From: Candidatus Niyogibacteria bacterium RIFCSPLOWO2_12_FULL_41_13
GTDB taxonomy: Bacteria > Patescibacteriota > Minisyncoccia > 2-12-FULL-41-13
Reading direction: 5' to 3'
Assembly: GCA_001821615.1 (NCBI GenBank)
Contig: MHMS01000022.1
Location: 1 to 42,847, forward strand
DNA length: 42,847 bases
The notes under the pieces were generated by a model that ran no database searches, was not told the origin of the DNA, and worked only from the letters and a program-made list of their open reading frames with translations. Shown here in pieces: positions 1 to 7,944 of the stretch. The translations under genes and the position numbers were made by a program. Within the stretch, counting starts at the first letter, position 1. Each line of letters begins with the position of its first letter.

Positions 1-2
1 TC

Positions 3-992
3 GCCCTGACAAAAGAAGATTTTCCAAGATTGTTAATCGTTCATCGGCCGGACAAAATAAAAAACGCCGGCAATACCCTCGGTCCATTTACGGACGGAAC
101 TTCTCTTAGGGCCGTTTTGAAAATTCTAAGGAAAATTTTTCCTTTCCGAACCTGTAAAAATCCAATCAATAAGCCTTGTTTATATTATGAACTTGGGCTT
201 TGTCCGGCGCACATTAGAGACGGCAAAGCGCAAATCGCAAATGGCAAATGGCAAATGGCGAATCGCAAAAATCTAAAAAACCAATACGCTAAAAATATAA
301 AAAATCTCTTCTTGATTCTCCGGGGCAAAAAAACGAATTTGATTGAATCTTTAAAAAAAGAAATGGTCTCGCTTTCAAAAAAACAACTGTATGAGAAAGC
401 GAATAAAATAAAAAATCGGCTTCTCTATTTTAAAAATATTTTTGACCACGAAAAAGCGATTAAAGAAGAATTTGTCAAGGCAAAATCCAGCTGGCAAAAA
501 ACCGAAAAAGCGCTCCGAGCGCTTTTGAGGACAAATAAAAAAATAAACAGGATTGAGGGTTTTGATGTTTCAAATATCGGAGAAGAACGCGCTGGAGGCG
601 CGATGAGCGTATTTATTAACGGAAAACCCGCAAAAACAGAATATCGCAAATTTAAAATCCGGCTCAAAACCAAAGACGATTTATCCCGATTAAAGGAAAT
701 TATCGCAAGAAGACTGGCCCACAAAGAGTGGAATTTTCCCCAAGCAATTTTAATTGACGGAGGCAAGGCGCACTTAAATATTCTTTTAAAAATCATTCAA
801 AAATTCGGCTTAAAAAATAAAATCGCGGCTTTGGCTTTGGCAAAAGAAGAGGAAAAACTTTATTTGGCCGATGGAAGAACCTTATCGCTGAAACAAAATC
901 CCGATTTATATCCTGTTTTAGCCAACATTCGCGACGAAGCCCACCGCTTTGCTAAGGATTTTTTGGCGGCAAAATATCGGCCGCTTTTTTAA
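3..992 (+). CDS. uvrC: Excinuclease ABC subunit C, 5'-truncated by the window edge; no C-terminal HhH
   Basis: Frame open from base 3 (ALTKEDFPRL); GPF, FPFRTC...PCLYYELGLCPA, RIEGFDVSN, YRKFKI, ILIDGG and IRDEAHRFA motifs. Confidence 0.93.
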   Translation, partial: ALTKEDFPRLLIVHRPDKIKNAGNTLGPFTDGTSLRAVLKILRKIFPFRTCKNPINKPCLYYELGLCPAHIRDGKAQIANGKWQMANRKNLKNQYAKNIKNLFLILRGKKTNLIESLKKEMVSLSKKQLYEKANKIKNRLLYFKNIFDHEKAIKEEFVKAKSSWQKTEKALRALLRTNKKINRIEGFDVSNIGEERAGGAMSVFINGKPAKTEYRKFKIRLKTKDDLSRLKEIIARRLAHKEWNFPQAILIDGGKAHLNILLKIIQKFGLKNKIAALALAKEEEKLYLADGRTLSLKQNPDLYPVLANIRDEAHRFAKDFLAAKYRPLF

Positions 993-1239
993 GGTCCGCT
1001 TCTTTTTGATTGATTATTTCAATCGCCTTGTTTAAAGCCGCTTTGTTGGGAATTTTAATTCTCGGCTCTGAAGGCGCCGCAATCGGCTTTATTGAAGTCT
1101 TTGAAATTTTTCTGAATTCGTAAACTCCAAACAAGACAACAATTATAAAAAGCGAAAAAATAAAAATCAAAAAATACGACCAATAATAAACCGGACTTTT
1201 TGAAAAAATTTTAAAAAAGTTTTTGAAATAAAATTTCAT
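952..1239 (-). CDS. Small membrane-anchored protein, last gene of the pilMNO-like operon
   Basis: 95 aa, one N-terminal hydrophobic helix, 7 nt downstream of the PilO-like gene. Confidence 0.6.
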   Translation of the reverse strand: MKFYFKNFFKIFSKSPVYYWSYFLIFIFSLFIIVVLFGVYEFRKISKTSIKPIAAPSEPRIKIPNKAALNKAIEIINQKEADLKKAADILPPKNP

Positions 1240-1246
1240 GATTAAA

Positions 1247-1765
1247 TCATAAACTCGTGATAAAACTCAAAATTTTAATCCTGAATTGCCCTTTCCATTT
1301 CTTATCCTTTCCTTCTTTTGTGAGACCCGCCTCGTCAATTTCAAGCTGATAAGGCAAATTTTCCATCAAGGCCATAACTCTAAATATATTTTCAAAATTG
1401 CCGCGAAGTTCAAAATTAAAAACCGGATTTTCTTTCTGTTTTTCCGAAACAAGAGCCGATTGAATTTTAATTTCAACGTTTTCCGCCCCGCTTAACTTTT
1501 CAAGTTCTTCAATGAACTCAACTATTTTCTCGTCGCTTAAAAAAACTTTATCCAGTTTGTCTTTATCCGTCTTTTTTTCTTCCAAGAATTTTTTTAAGCC
1601 CGAAACGCTTTTCTGCTCCGATTCAAGAATCGCAAGTTTTAAATTAAGTTCGGAAAGTTCTTTCGCCTTTTTAGAAATTGTCCGCTGAATCCATGCAAAG
1701 CCAAAAGCGCCTGAAACGATAAGCGATAAAACAAGAATCAAAGTTGTTCCAAATTTCATTTTCAT
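1247..1765 (-). CDS. PilO-like type IV pilus assembly protein
   Basis: N-terminal TM, coiled coil, then FIEELEKLS...FELRGNFENIFRVMALMENLP pattern; follows pilM/pilN. Confidence 0.7.
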   Translation of the reverse strand: MKMKFGTTLILVLSLIVSGAFGFAWIQRTISKKAKELSELNLKLAILESEQKSVSGLKKFLEEKKTDKDKLDKVFLSDEKIVEFIEELEKLSGAENVEIKIQSALVSEKQKENPVFNFELRGNFENIFRVMALMENLPYQLEIDEAGLTKEGKDKKWKGQFRIKILSFITSL

Positions 1766-2298
1766 TTAAACTCCGCGACTAAATTAAACTCAAAGTCTTT
1801 TTCGCGCAAAATATTCGCAATCGGAGAATAAACATTCTTTATTGACGAGATTCCGTTCAGAGCGGCAACGAATTTCAAAAATTCCGAGCGCGACGGGCTG
1901 CGACCTCGAATCGTTATTCTTGGAATTTTATTGCTGTTTCCAAAAGATATTGTTTCAATTTTCAAGGAGTCGGGCTTTTGTTCCAAAATCTCTGCGAGAA
2001 AAAAAGAAAGGTTTAAAGCATTGTTTTGATTATCCTGAAATGAAATTAATTTTTGATTAAAATCTTGAATTTCCTTTTCAATGTCCCTGATTTCTTTAAA
2101 AATAGACCCTGCTTTAAACGCTTCAATGGTCCTTTTGATTTCTTTTTGTTGCTCATTCAAATAAACAACGAACGGAATGGATAAAATAATGGAAAAAATC
2201 AAAAATGAAAAAAGAAAAATTCCAAAAACCAAAATAAACCGCCTTACCCTCTCTTTTTCAATTATTTTTTTATGCTCTTTGGAAATGATATTTATCAT
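1762..2298 (-). CDS. PilN-like type IV pilus assembly protein
   Basis: MINII start (PilN-type INL motif), TM, coiled coil, ITIRGRS...FVAAL domain; follows pilM. Confidence 0.75.
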   Translation of the reverse strand: MINIISKEHKKIIEKERVRRFILVFGIFLFSFLIFSIILSIPFVVYLNEQQKEIKRTIEAFKAGSIFKEIRDIEKEIQDFNQKLISFQDNQNNALNLSFFLAEILEQKPDSLKIETISFGNSNKIPRITIRGRSPSRSEFLKFVAALNGISSIKNVYSPIANILREKDFEFNLVAEFK

Positions 2299-2303
2299 AT
2301 AAA

Positions 2304-3383
2304 TTATTCGCCCTGAAAGCCCCTTAAAGCCAAACCAATGGCGACGCTATAAGCCAGAGATTCACTCTTTCTTATTTCCGGAACATAATCCTCAAAAGAG
2401 CCGACTTTAATCCATGGATTTCCGAGCCGCGCCGGAATCAATAAACGCTGGCTTAAATATTCTGGGAGCCCGCTGAGATTCGCGTCGCCGCCGGCCAAAA
2501 TAATTTCTTTAATGCCGCTTTTTTCTTTCGATTGATGCAATAAATGATTCTGCCAATAATCCTGATGTTTTCTGATTTCATCTTCCAAAGAAGAGAGAAT
2601 CGGCAAAATCGCTTCGTAAATCCCGCCCTTTTTCTTTAATCCCGTTAAACTGAAATCCTTTTTGATTTTTTCGGCCTCAAAAGGATTTACGCCCATCGCT
2701 CTCGCAATCAACTTTTCCAAATCGCGCCCGCCCAAAGGAATGGTTGAAGTAAAACGAAGAGAATGCCCCCTTAAAACGGAAAATGTTGTCCTTGTTTTCC
2801 CGAAATCAATAATTAAAATATTCTCTTTATTGTCTTCCGGAACCAGGCTTCTCGCCAAACTTAATGACTCAAGTTCAATCGCAATCGGCGCAAAGCCGGC
2901 CCTCTCAAAAACTTCGTAATAGTCGTAAACGATATTTTTTGGAAAAGCCAAAAGAAGAACATCAAAATGATCGGATTTAAGAGACGAGGAAGTGATTTCA
3001 AAATCAAAAATAATGTTCTCTTTTTTAAGAGGCACATATTGCTCAATCTGAAAAGAAAGACTGATTTTTATTTCTTCTTCGCTCATTTTAGGAAGTTCAA
3101 CCAAGCTTAAAAAAGCTTTCTCTTCGGGCAAGGAAAAAACAACATGCGTAAAACCGCGAACCTGCCTTATTTTTTTCAAAAAAGAAACGAGTTCCTCTTT
3201 CTTTTTTATTTCGCCGTTAATAATAATTCCCTCTTCTAAAATCTCCTCGCCGAATTTCTTTAATCTTAAGTAACTCTTATTCTTTTCAAATTCAACGAAT
3301 TTTATTGAGCGGTCGGAAACATCAATTCCGACTCCTCTCATCATCAGATATTCCGGCGGAGGAATTAAATCGGTAAGTTTCAT
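2304..3383 (-). CDS. pilM: Type IV pilus assembly ATPase-like protein PilM
   Basis: GIDVSDRSIKFVE, IIDFGKTRT, IILAGGDANLSGL, AIGLALR; ATG 3383 preferred over 3416 because it lies 6 nt below a TGcTATAAT box. Confidence 0.9.
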   Translation of the reverse strand: MKLTDLIPPPEYLMMRGVGIDVSDRSIKFVEFEKNKSYLRLKKFGEEILEEGIIINGEIKKKEELVSFLKKIRQVRGFTHVVFSLPEEKAFLSLVELPKMSEEEIKISLSFQIEQYVPLKKENIIFDFEITSSSLKSDHFDVLLLAFPKNIVYDYYEVFERAGFAPIAIELESLSLARSLVPEDNKENILIIDFGKTRTTFSVLRGHSLRFTSTIPLGGRDLEKLIARAMGVNPFEAEKIKKDFSLTGLKKKGGIYEAILPILSSLEDEIRKHQDYWQNHLLHQSKEKSGIKEIILAGGDANLSGLPEYLSQRLLIPARLGNPWIKVGSFEDYVPEIRKSESLAYSVAIGLALRGFQGE

Positions 3384-3480
3384 TGATTTATTATAGCAAA
3401 AAATAGCATTTGCCAAAATTGCGAAAATGGCATATAATCGTCAATAAAGGTCGGCAAAATTGGCTTAAATAATTAAATTT

Positions 3481-3735
3481 ATGGAAAAAGAAATTGGAAA
3501 AGTCGTCCATTATTTTGACCATGTCCAAGCGGCGGTGGTGGCTTTGACGGCTGATTTGAAAATCGGGGACACCGTAAAATTCGTAAGGCACGATGAAGAA
3601 GTTTTTCATCAAAAGGTTGAGTCAATGCAGATTGAACACAAAGCGGTAACCGAAGCAAAGGCCGGCGAAGAAACGGCGATTAAAGTTGAACACAAAGTAA
3701 AACAAGGGACGATAGTTTATAAGATTGAGGAATAA
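3481..3735 (+). CDS. Small translation-elongation-factor-like beta-barrel protein
   Basis: IGKVVHYFD...LKIGDTVKF...VESMQIEHKAVTEAKAGEE pattern, 84 aa. Confidence 0.75.
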   Translation: MEKEIGKVVHYFDHVQAAVVALTADLKIGDTVKFVRHDEEVFHQKVESMQIEHKAVTEAKAGEETAIKVEHKVKQGTIVYKIEE

Positions 3736-3780
3736 ACAACCGAAGGGTAAGTAAAAAATTTTAAATTCCAAATTTTCAAT

Positions 3781-3856
3781 GGAGACATTGGTGTAGCAGT
3801 CAGCACTGGAACCTGTGGAGTTCCCAGCAGGGGTGCGAATCCCCTATGTCTCCCCA
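3781..3856 (+). tRNA. tRNA-His (GTG) with encoded G-1 and CCA
   Basis: 8-bp acceptor GGAGACAT/ATGTCTCC, D stem GTGT/GCAC, anticodon stem GGAAC/GTTCC with loop CT-GTG-GA (3815-3817), T stem AGGGG/CCCCT, CCA 3854-3856. Confidence 0.95.
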
Positions 3857-3924
3857 AAATAATATCTGCATTCGCTTATTTTTTTTATTAAAAATAAAAT
3901 AGATATGTATAATAGAACACTCTT

Positions 3925-4524
3925 ATGACAAGGGAAAATAAAAGATTGGCGAGTTTTCTTTTTGAAGTTGGAACCATGCGAAAATTGCTTCGAATGCATC
4001 GTCAAACTCTTTTAACCGACGATATGTCTGATAACATAGCTTCTCATTCTTTTCGCGTCGCTATTATTGGCTGGATTTTAGCAAAGAAAGAAATGGTTAA
4101 TCCTTATAAAACAGCAATAATGTGTCTCTTGCATGATTTAGGCGAAATAAGAAGCAATGATCATAATTGGGTGCACAAAAGATATACAAAGGTTTTTGAT
4201 AAACACATAATCAAAGAACAACTCGGTTCATTGCCGTTTGATGATTTTCATAAGCTGGCAAAAGAATATGATGAAAGAAAAAGCAAAGAAGCGATTATTA
4301 CCAAAGATGCCGATTATCTTGACCAATTGCTACTTCTGAAAGAATATGATTGGCAAGGAAATAAAGAAGCTCGCGTATGGCTTCATGGCAAAGGCGGAGA
4401 GAAAACTAATGCCCAATTAAAAAAATTAAAACTTAGATCTTCAAAAGAATTAGGGCAAGCTATTTATAAAGAAATCCCGTCTGGTTGGTGGAATAATCTC
4501 TGGACGAATAAAAACCGCAAATAA
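3925..4524 (+). CDS. HD-domain phosphohydrolase (YfbR/HDDC2-like)
   Basis: NIASHSFRVA, LLHDLGEIR, KDADYLD motifs. Confidence 0.85.
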   Translation: MTRENKRLASFLFEVGTMRKLLRMHRQTLLTDDMSDNIASHSFRVAIIGWILAKKEMVNPYKTAIMCLLHDLGEIRSNDHNWVHKRYTKVFDKHIIKEQLGSLPFDDFHKLAKEYDERKSKEAIITKDADYLDQLLLLKEYDWQGNKEARVWLHGKGGEKTNAQLKKLKLRSSKELGQAIYKEIPSGWWNNLWTNKNRK

Positions 4525-4542
4525 TTACTTTTTAAAAAATCA

Positions 4543-5067
4543 ATGAAAAAAGTTTTGTTTATTTTGGCAAAAGAAGGATTTCGCGACGAAGAATTCTTCA
4601 CGCCCGCGGAAATTTTGAAAAATGCTGGAAATCAGTTTTTTGTCGCTTCGGACGCGCCAGTCGGCAAAACAGCCGAGGGCGCGAACGGCGGAGATATAAA
4701 AATTGATTTTGATTATAAAAATATAAATCCGGTTGATTTTGATTTAATAGTTTTTGTCGGCGGCCCGGGCGCGCTCAAACATCTGAATAATGAAATAAGT
4801 TATCAAATAGCAAGAAAAACTATTGAGGCCGGCAAAAAACTGGCGGCAATCTGCATCGCGCCGACCATTTTAGCGAGAGCCGGAGTTTTAAAAGGCAAAA
4901 GAGCGACCGCCTGGACTTCGGCTTTAAACAAAAAATCAATTGACATTCTGAAAGAAAACGGCGCGGAATACGTTGATAAACCGGTGGTGGAAGATGAAAT
5001 CATCACCGCCAACGGCCCCGAATCAGCCGAAGAATTCGGCAATGTTCTCAAGAAAATTTTAGAATAA
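4543..5067 (+). CDS. DJ-1/PfpI family protein
   Basis: GFRDEEF, FVGGPGA, AAICIAP (nucleophile Cys), IITANGP. Confidence 0.92.
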   Translation: MKKVLFILAKEGFRDEEFFTPAEILKNAGNQFFVASDAPVGKTAEGANGGDIKIDFDYKNINPVDFDLIVFVGGPGALKHLNNEISYQIARKTIEAGKKLAAICIAPTILARAGVLKGKRATAWTSALNKKSIDILKENGAEYVDKPVVEDEIITANGPESAEEFGNVLKKILE

Positions 5068-5556
5068 TTCGCGAAGTTCAAATAAAGCGATTCCGGCCGC
5101 CACGCTTACATTTAAAGATTCTTTTTTTCCAGCCATTGGAATTTCAATAATCGCGTCCGAGACCTTTAAAATATCCGATGAGAGTCCTCGGACTTCGTTG
5201 CCTAAAATTAAAGCCAGGCCGGATTTGGCTTTAATTTTAAAAAAATATTTTTTTGAAAAATCTTTATAAGAATTCGCCTTTTTATGCTGTTCTAATGCAA
5301 TTATAAAAATTTTCTCTTTTTTCAATTTTTCAATCAGTCGGGAGATATTCGCGAATTTTTCAAACGCGATGGATTTTTCCGCTCCGAGAGCGGTTCTACT
5401 CACCTCTTTTCTCGTCCCGCCGAATCTATCGGTCGGGCTCGGAGTGTATCCGGTTAAAAAAACTTTATCCGCTCCCGCTCCTTCGGCGGTTCTCAAAATC
5501 GCCCCTAAATTATAAAGACTGCGGATGTTGTGAAGAATTAAATATAAATTTTTCAT
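5059..5556 (-). CDS. TrmH/SpoU family RNA methyltransferase
   Basis: NIRSLYNLGAILRTA, LILGNEVRGL, IPMAGKKESLNVSVAAGI SPOUT motifs. Confidence 0.92.
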   Translation of the reverse strand: MKNLYLILHNIRSLYNLGAILRTAEGAGADKVFLTGYTPSPTDRFGGTRKEVSRTALGAEKSIAFEKFANISRLIEKLKKEKIFIIALEQHKKANSYKDFSKKYFFKIKAKSGLALILGNEVRGLSSDILKVSDAIIEIPMAGKKESLNVSVAAGIALFELRELF

Positions 5557-5571
5557 CTTGAATCACGAATC

Positions 5572-6972
5572 TCAACCTTTAATTACGGCTATTGGTTTTA
5601 ATCTCGCGACTTTTTTGGCAATGCCGATTTGCGAAACCACATCAACCACTGCTTCAATATCTTTATAGGCAACCGGGGATTCCTCGGCCAAGCCCTTCCA
5701 AGAGCCGCTCCTTATTGCGATTCCTCGCGCTTCCAATTCTTTTTTTAATTCCCCTCCTCTTACTTGGCGCAAAGCGGCATGGCGCGACATTATTCTGCCC
5801 GCGCCATGGCAAGAACTGCCAAAACTTTGTTCCATTGCTTTTTGCCGGCCGATTAAAATATAAGAACTCGTTCCCATTGAACCGGGAATCAAAACCGGTT
5901 GACCCGGAAAAGCCCGGGTCGCGCCTTTGCGGTGAACAATGACTTTTTTTACTCTGCCGTCAACTTGATGGTCTTCTATTTTTGCCAAATTATGAGCAAT
6001 ATCATAAACGACTCGCAAGTCTTCCTTCTTGCCGAAAATCGCCTGCCACGCCTTGCGAACCTCCCAAGTTATTAACTGGCGATTTGCCCAAGCAAAATTG
6101 GCTCCGCAGGACATCGCCTTAAAATAATCCTGGCCTTCTTTAGAATCAAAAGGGCTTCCGGCTAATTCCCGGTCGGGCAAAATTATCCCGTACTTGGGCA
6201 TTACCCTTAACATTATTTTTATATAATCAGTCGCTATTTGATGGCCAAAACCGCGCGAACCAGTATGAATTTGAACCAAGGTTTGATTTTTAAACAAGCC
6301 CAAGGTTTTGGCCGCCCCTTCATCAAAGAGTTCGTCAATTCTTGCGACTTCCACGAAATGATTTCCCGCGCCCATTGTGCCCAGCTGGTCGCGGCCGCGG
6401 TCTTTGGCGCGAAAAGAAACTTTTGAGGCATCCGCGCCCTCAAGCTCTCCTTGAGACTCAATAAATTTTAAATCTTCCGGCTCGCCGTATCCATCTTCAA
6501 CAATTTTCCTCGCTCCTTTTGACAAAACTTCGTCTAATTCTTTGTCGTTTAATTTCAATCTCCCGCTCCGGCCAACGCCGGAAGGCACTTCTTTGTTTAT
6601 TGCGTCGGCCAGTTTTTCCAACTCGGGTTTAACTTCGTCAAAACTTTTGTCGGATTTTAAAATTCTGATCCCGCAGTTGATGTCATAACCCACGGCGCCG
6701 GGTGAAATCAAGCCGTCGGGATATTGAGTCGCAAACACTCCGCCAATCGGCGCGCCGTAACCCTCGTGAACATCGGGCATCGCCAAAACATATTTTTGAA
6801 CGCCGGGCAAAGTCGCGGTATTCACAAGCTGGTTCATTGAAGCGTCTCTTAAAGATTCTTTGAGTATTTTTTCCGAAGCAAAAACACGCGCCGAAACTTT
6901 CATGTCTTTGCGAAAGCTTTTCGGAATTTCCCAAACTAAATCGCTGATTTTATTAAAATCTTCAATTCTCAT
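5572..6972 (-). CDS. rtcB: RNA-splicing/repair ligase RtcB
   Basis: MPDVHEGYGAPIG, GYDINCG, GAGNHFVE, HTGSRGFGH, HRKGATRA, PGSMG, SCHGAGR. Confidence 0.97.
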   Translation of the reverse strand: MRIEDFNKISDLVWEIPKSFRKDMKVSARVFASEKILKESLRDASMNQLVNTATLPGVQKYVLAMPDVHEGYGAPIGGVFATQYPDGLISPGAVGYDINCGIRILKSDKSFDEVKPELEKLADAINKEVPSGVGRSGRLKLNDKELDEVLSKGARKIVEDGYGEPEDLKFIESQGELEGADASKVSFRAKDRGRDQLGTMGAGNHFVEVARIDELFDEGAAKTLGLFKNQTLVQIHTGSRGFGHQIATDYIKIMLRVMPKYGIILPDRELAGSPFDSKEGQDYFKAMSCGANFAWANRQLITWEVRKAWQAIFGKKEDLRVVYDIAHNLAKIEDHQVDGRVKKVIVHRKGATRAFPGQPVLIPGSMGTSSYILIGRQKAMEQSFGSSCHGAGRIMSRHAALRQVRGGELKKELEARGIAIRSGSWKGLAEESPVAYKDIEAVVDVVSQIGIAKKVARLKPIAVIKG

Positions 6973-7373
6973 ATGTCAAAAATCAAAATTACTTCAAAAT
7001 TTCCGTCTGTTTTTTTTATTTCCGCTCCGTGGTAAGTAACGGCTTTAATGTCTTTATCAAAACCTTTTTTAACTTTATAACCGAAAATTTTTCCTTTCAA
7101 CTTGTTTTTTTCAAAAACTTCAAACTCAACGGCTTGAAAAACCGCTTTGTTCGCGTAGGCGTCGTATAAAACCTCATTCAAAAAATCAACCAACAAAGAA
7201 GTCTGGTCGGCCGAATCAACCGCGATTTCTTTTAAAATTTTTTCTTTTTCAGGCAATTTCTCTTTCAAAACCTCCGCCATTCCTTTTAGAGCTTGCTTAA
7301 AAAGTTCTTCTTTGTTTTTTGCCAAGACCTTAAGCCGCAAATCGGCGATATGTCCAAGAACTTGATAAGCCAT
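6969..7373 (-). CDS. Archease (RtcB cofactor)
   Basis: HIADL, LLVDFLNEVLY, IKAVTYH, terminal FDI; 4-nt overlap with rtcB start. Confidence 0.93.
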   Translation of the reverse strand: MAYQVLGHIADLRLKVLAKNKEELFKQALKGMAEVLKEKLPEKEKILKEIAVDSADQTSLLVDFLNEVLYDAYANKAVFQAVEFEVFEKNKLKGKIFGYKVKKGFDKDIKAVTYHGAEIKKTDGNFEVILIFDI

Positions 7374-7449
7374 AATTAAAAATTTATAATAATTATAGCA
7401 AAAAATCAGCCCTTTAAACTTTTTAAACCCTTAAAACAGGAGGCGGCAA

Positions 7450-7923
7450 ATGAAAACGCTTATCATGTTGATTCTTGCGCTGATTTTAACCGGATGCGCG
7501 AATGACAAAACAATGATTAGAGCAGCCCAGCAAAAGATTGTAAAAACAGGCGATGGCGGACAGAATGAATTAGAAAAAGCTTTTCACACGCTTGACCCGC
7601 ATTTTTATGCTTTTTGTCACCTCGTTGATTCTTACGCGAAATTAATCAAAAAATTGTCTGCTCTTGATGAAACCAAGAAAAGAAGATTTCTCTCGGTGGT
7701 TGAAGAGAACGCCTTAATGGGGCTTGACTTAACTTATCAGGGTTTAAAAACAAGCTATCAAAAACAATGGGAAGATATTGAGGCAAATCCTGACGAAGTT
7801 AGGATTAGGTCCGAAAAAATTCTATCGGATGTTCTTAAAAACACGATAGACATCAAGATGGCTGTAAAATTCGTTGAGAAGATTCTTTCTCAAATTAATC
7901 TTCAAAAAATAAAAATCATTTAA
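7450..7923 (+). CDS. Hypothetical lipoprotein
   Basis: Signal peptide with lipobox LTGC; AGGAGG upstream; terminator downstream. Confidence 0.75.
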   Translation: MKTLIMLILALILTGCANDKTMIRAAQQKIVKTGDGGQNELEKAFHTLDPHFYAFCHLVDSYAKLIKKLSALDETKKRRFLSVVEENALMGLDLTYQGLKTSYQKQWEDIEANPDEVRIRSEKILSDVLKNTIDIKMAVKFVEKILSQINLQKIKII

Positions 7924-7944
7924 CCCTTCGGGGTTATTTTTTTT
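7921..7944 (+). terminator. Intrinsic terminator
   Basis: TAACCC-TTCG-GGGTTA followed by a T run. Confidence 0.75.
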
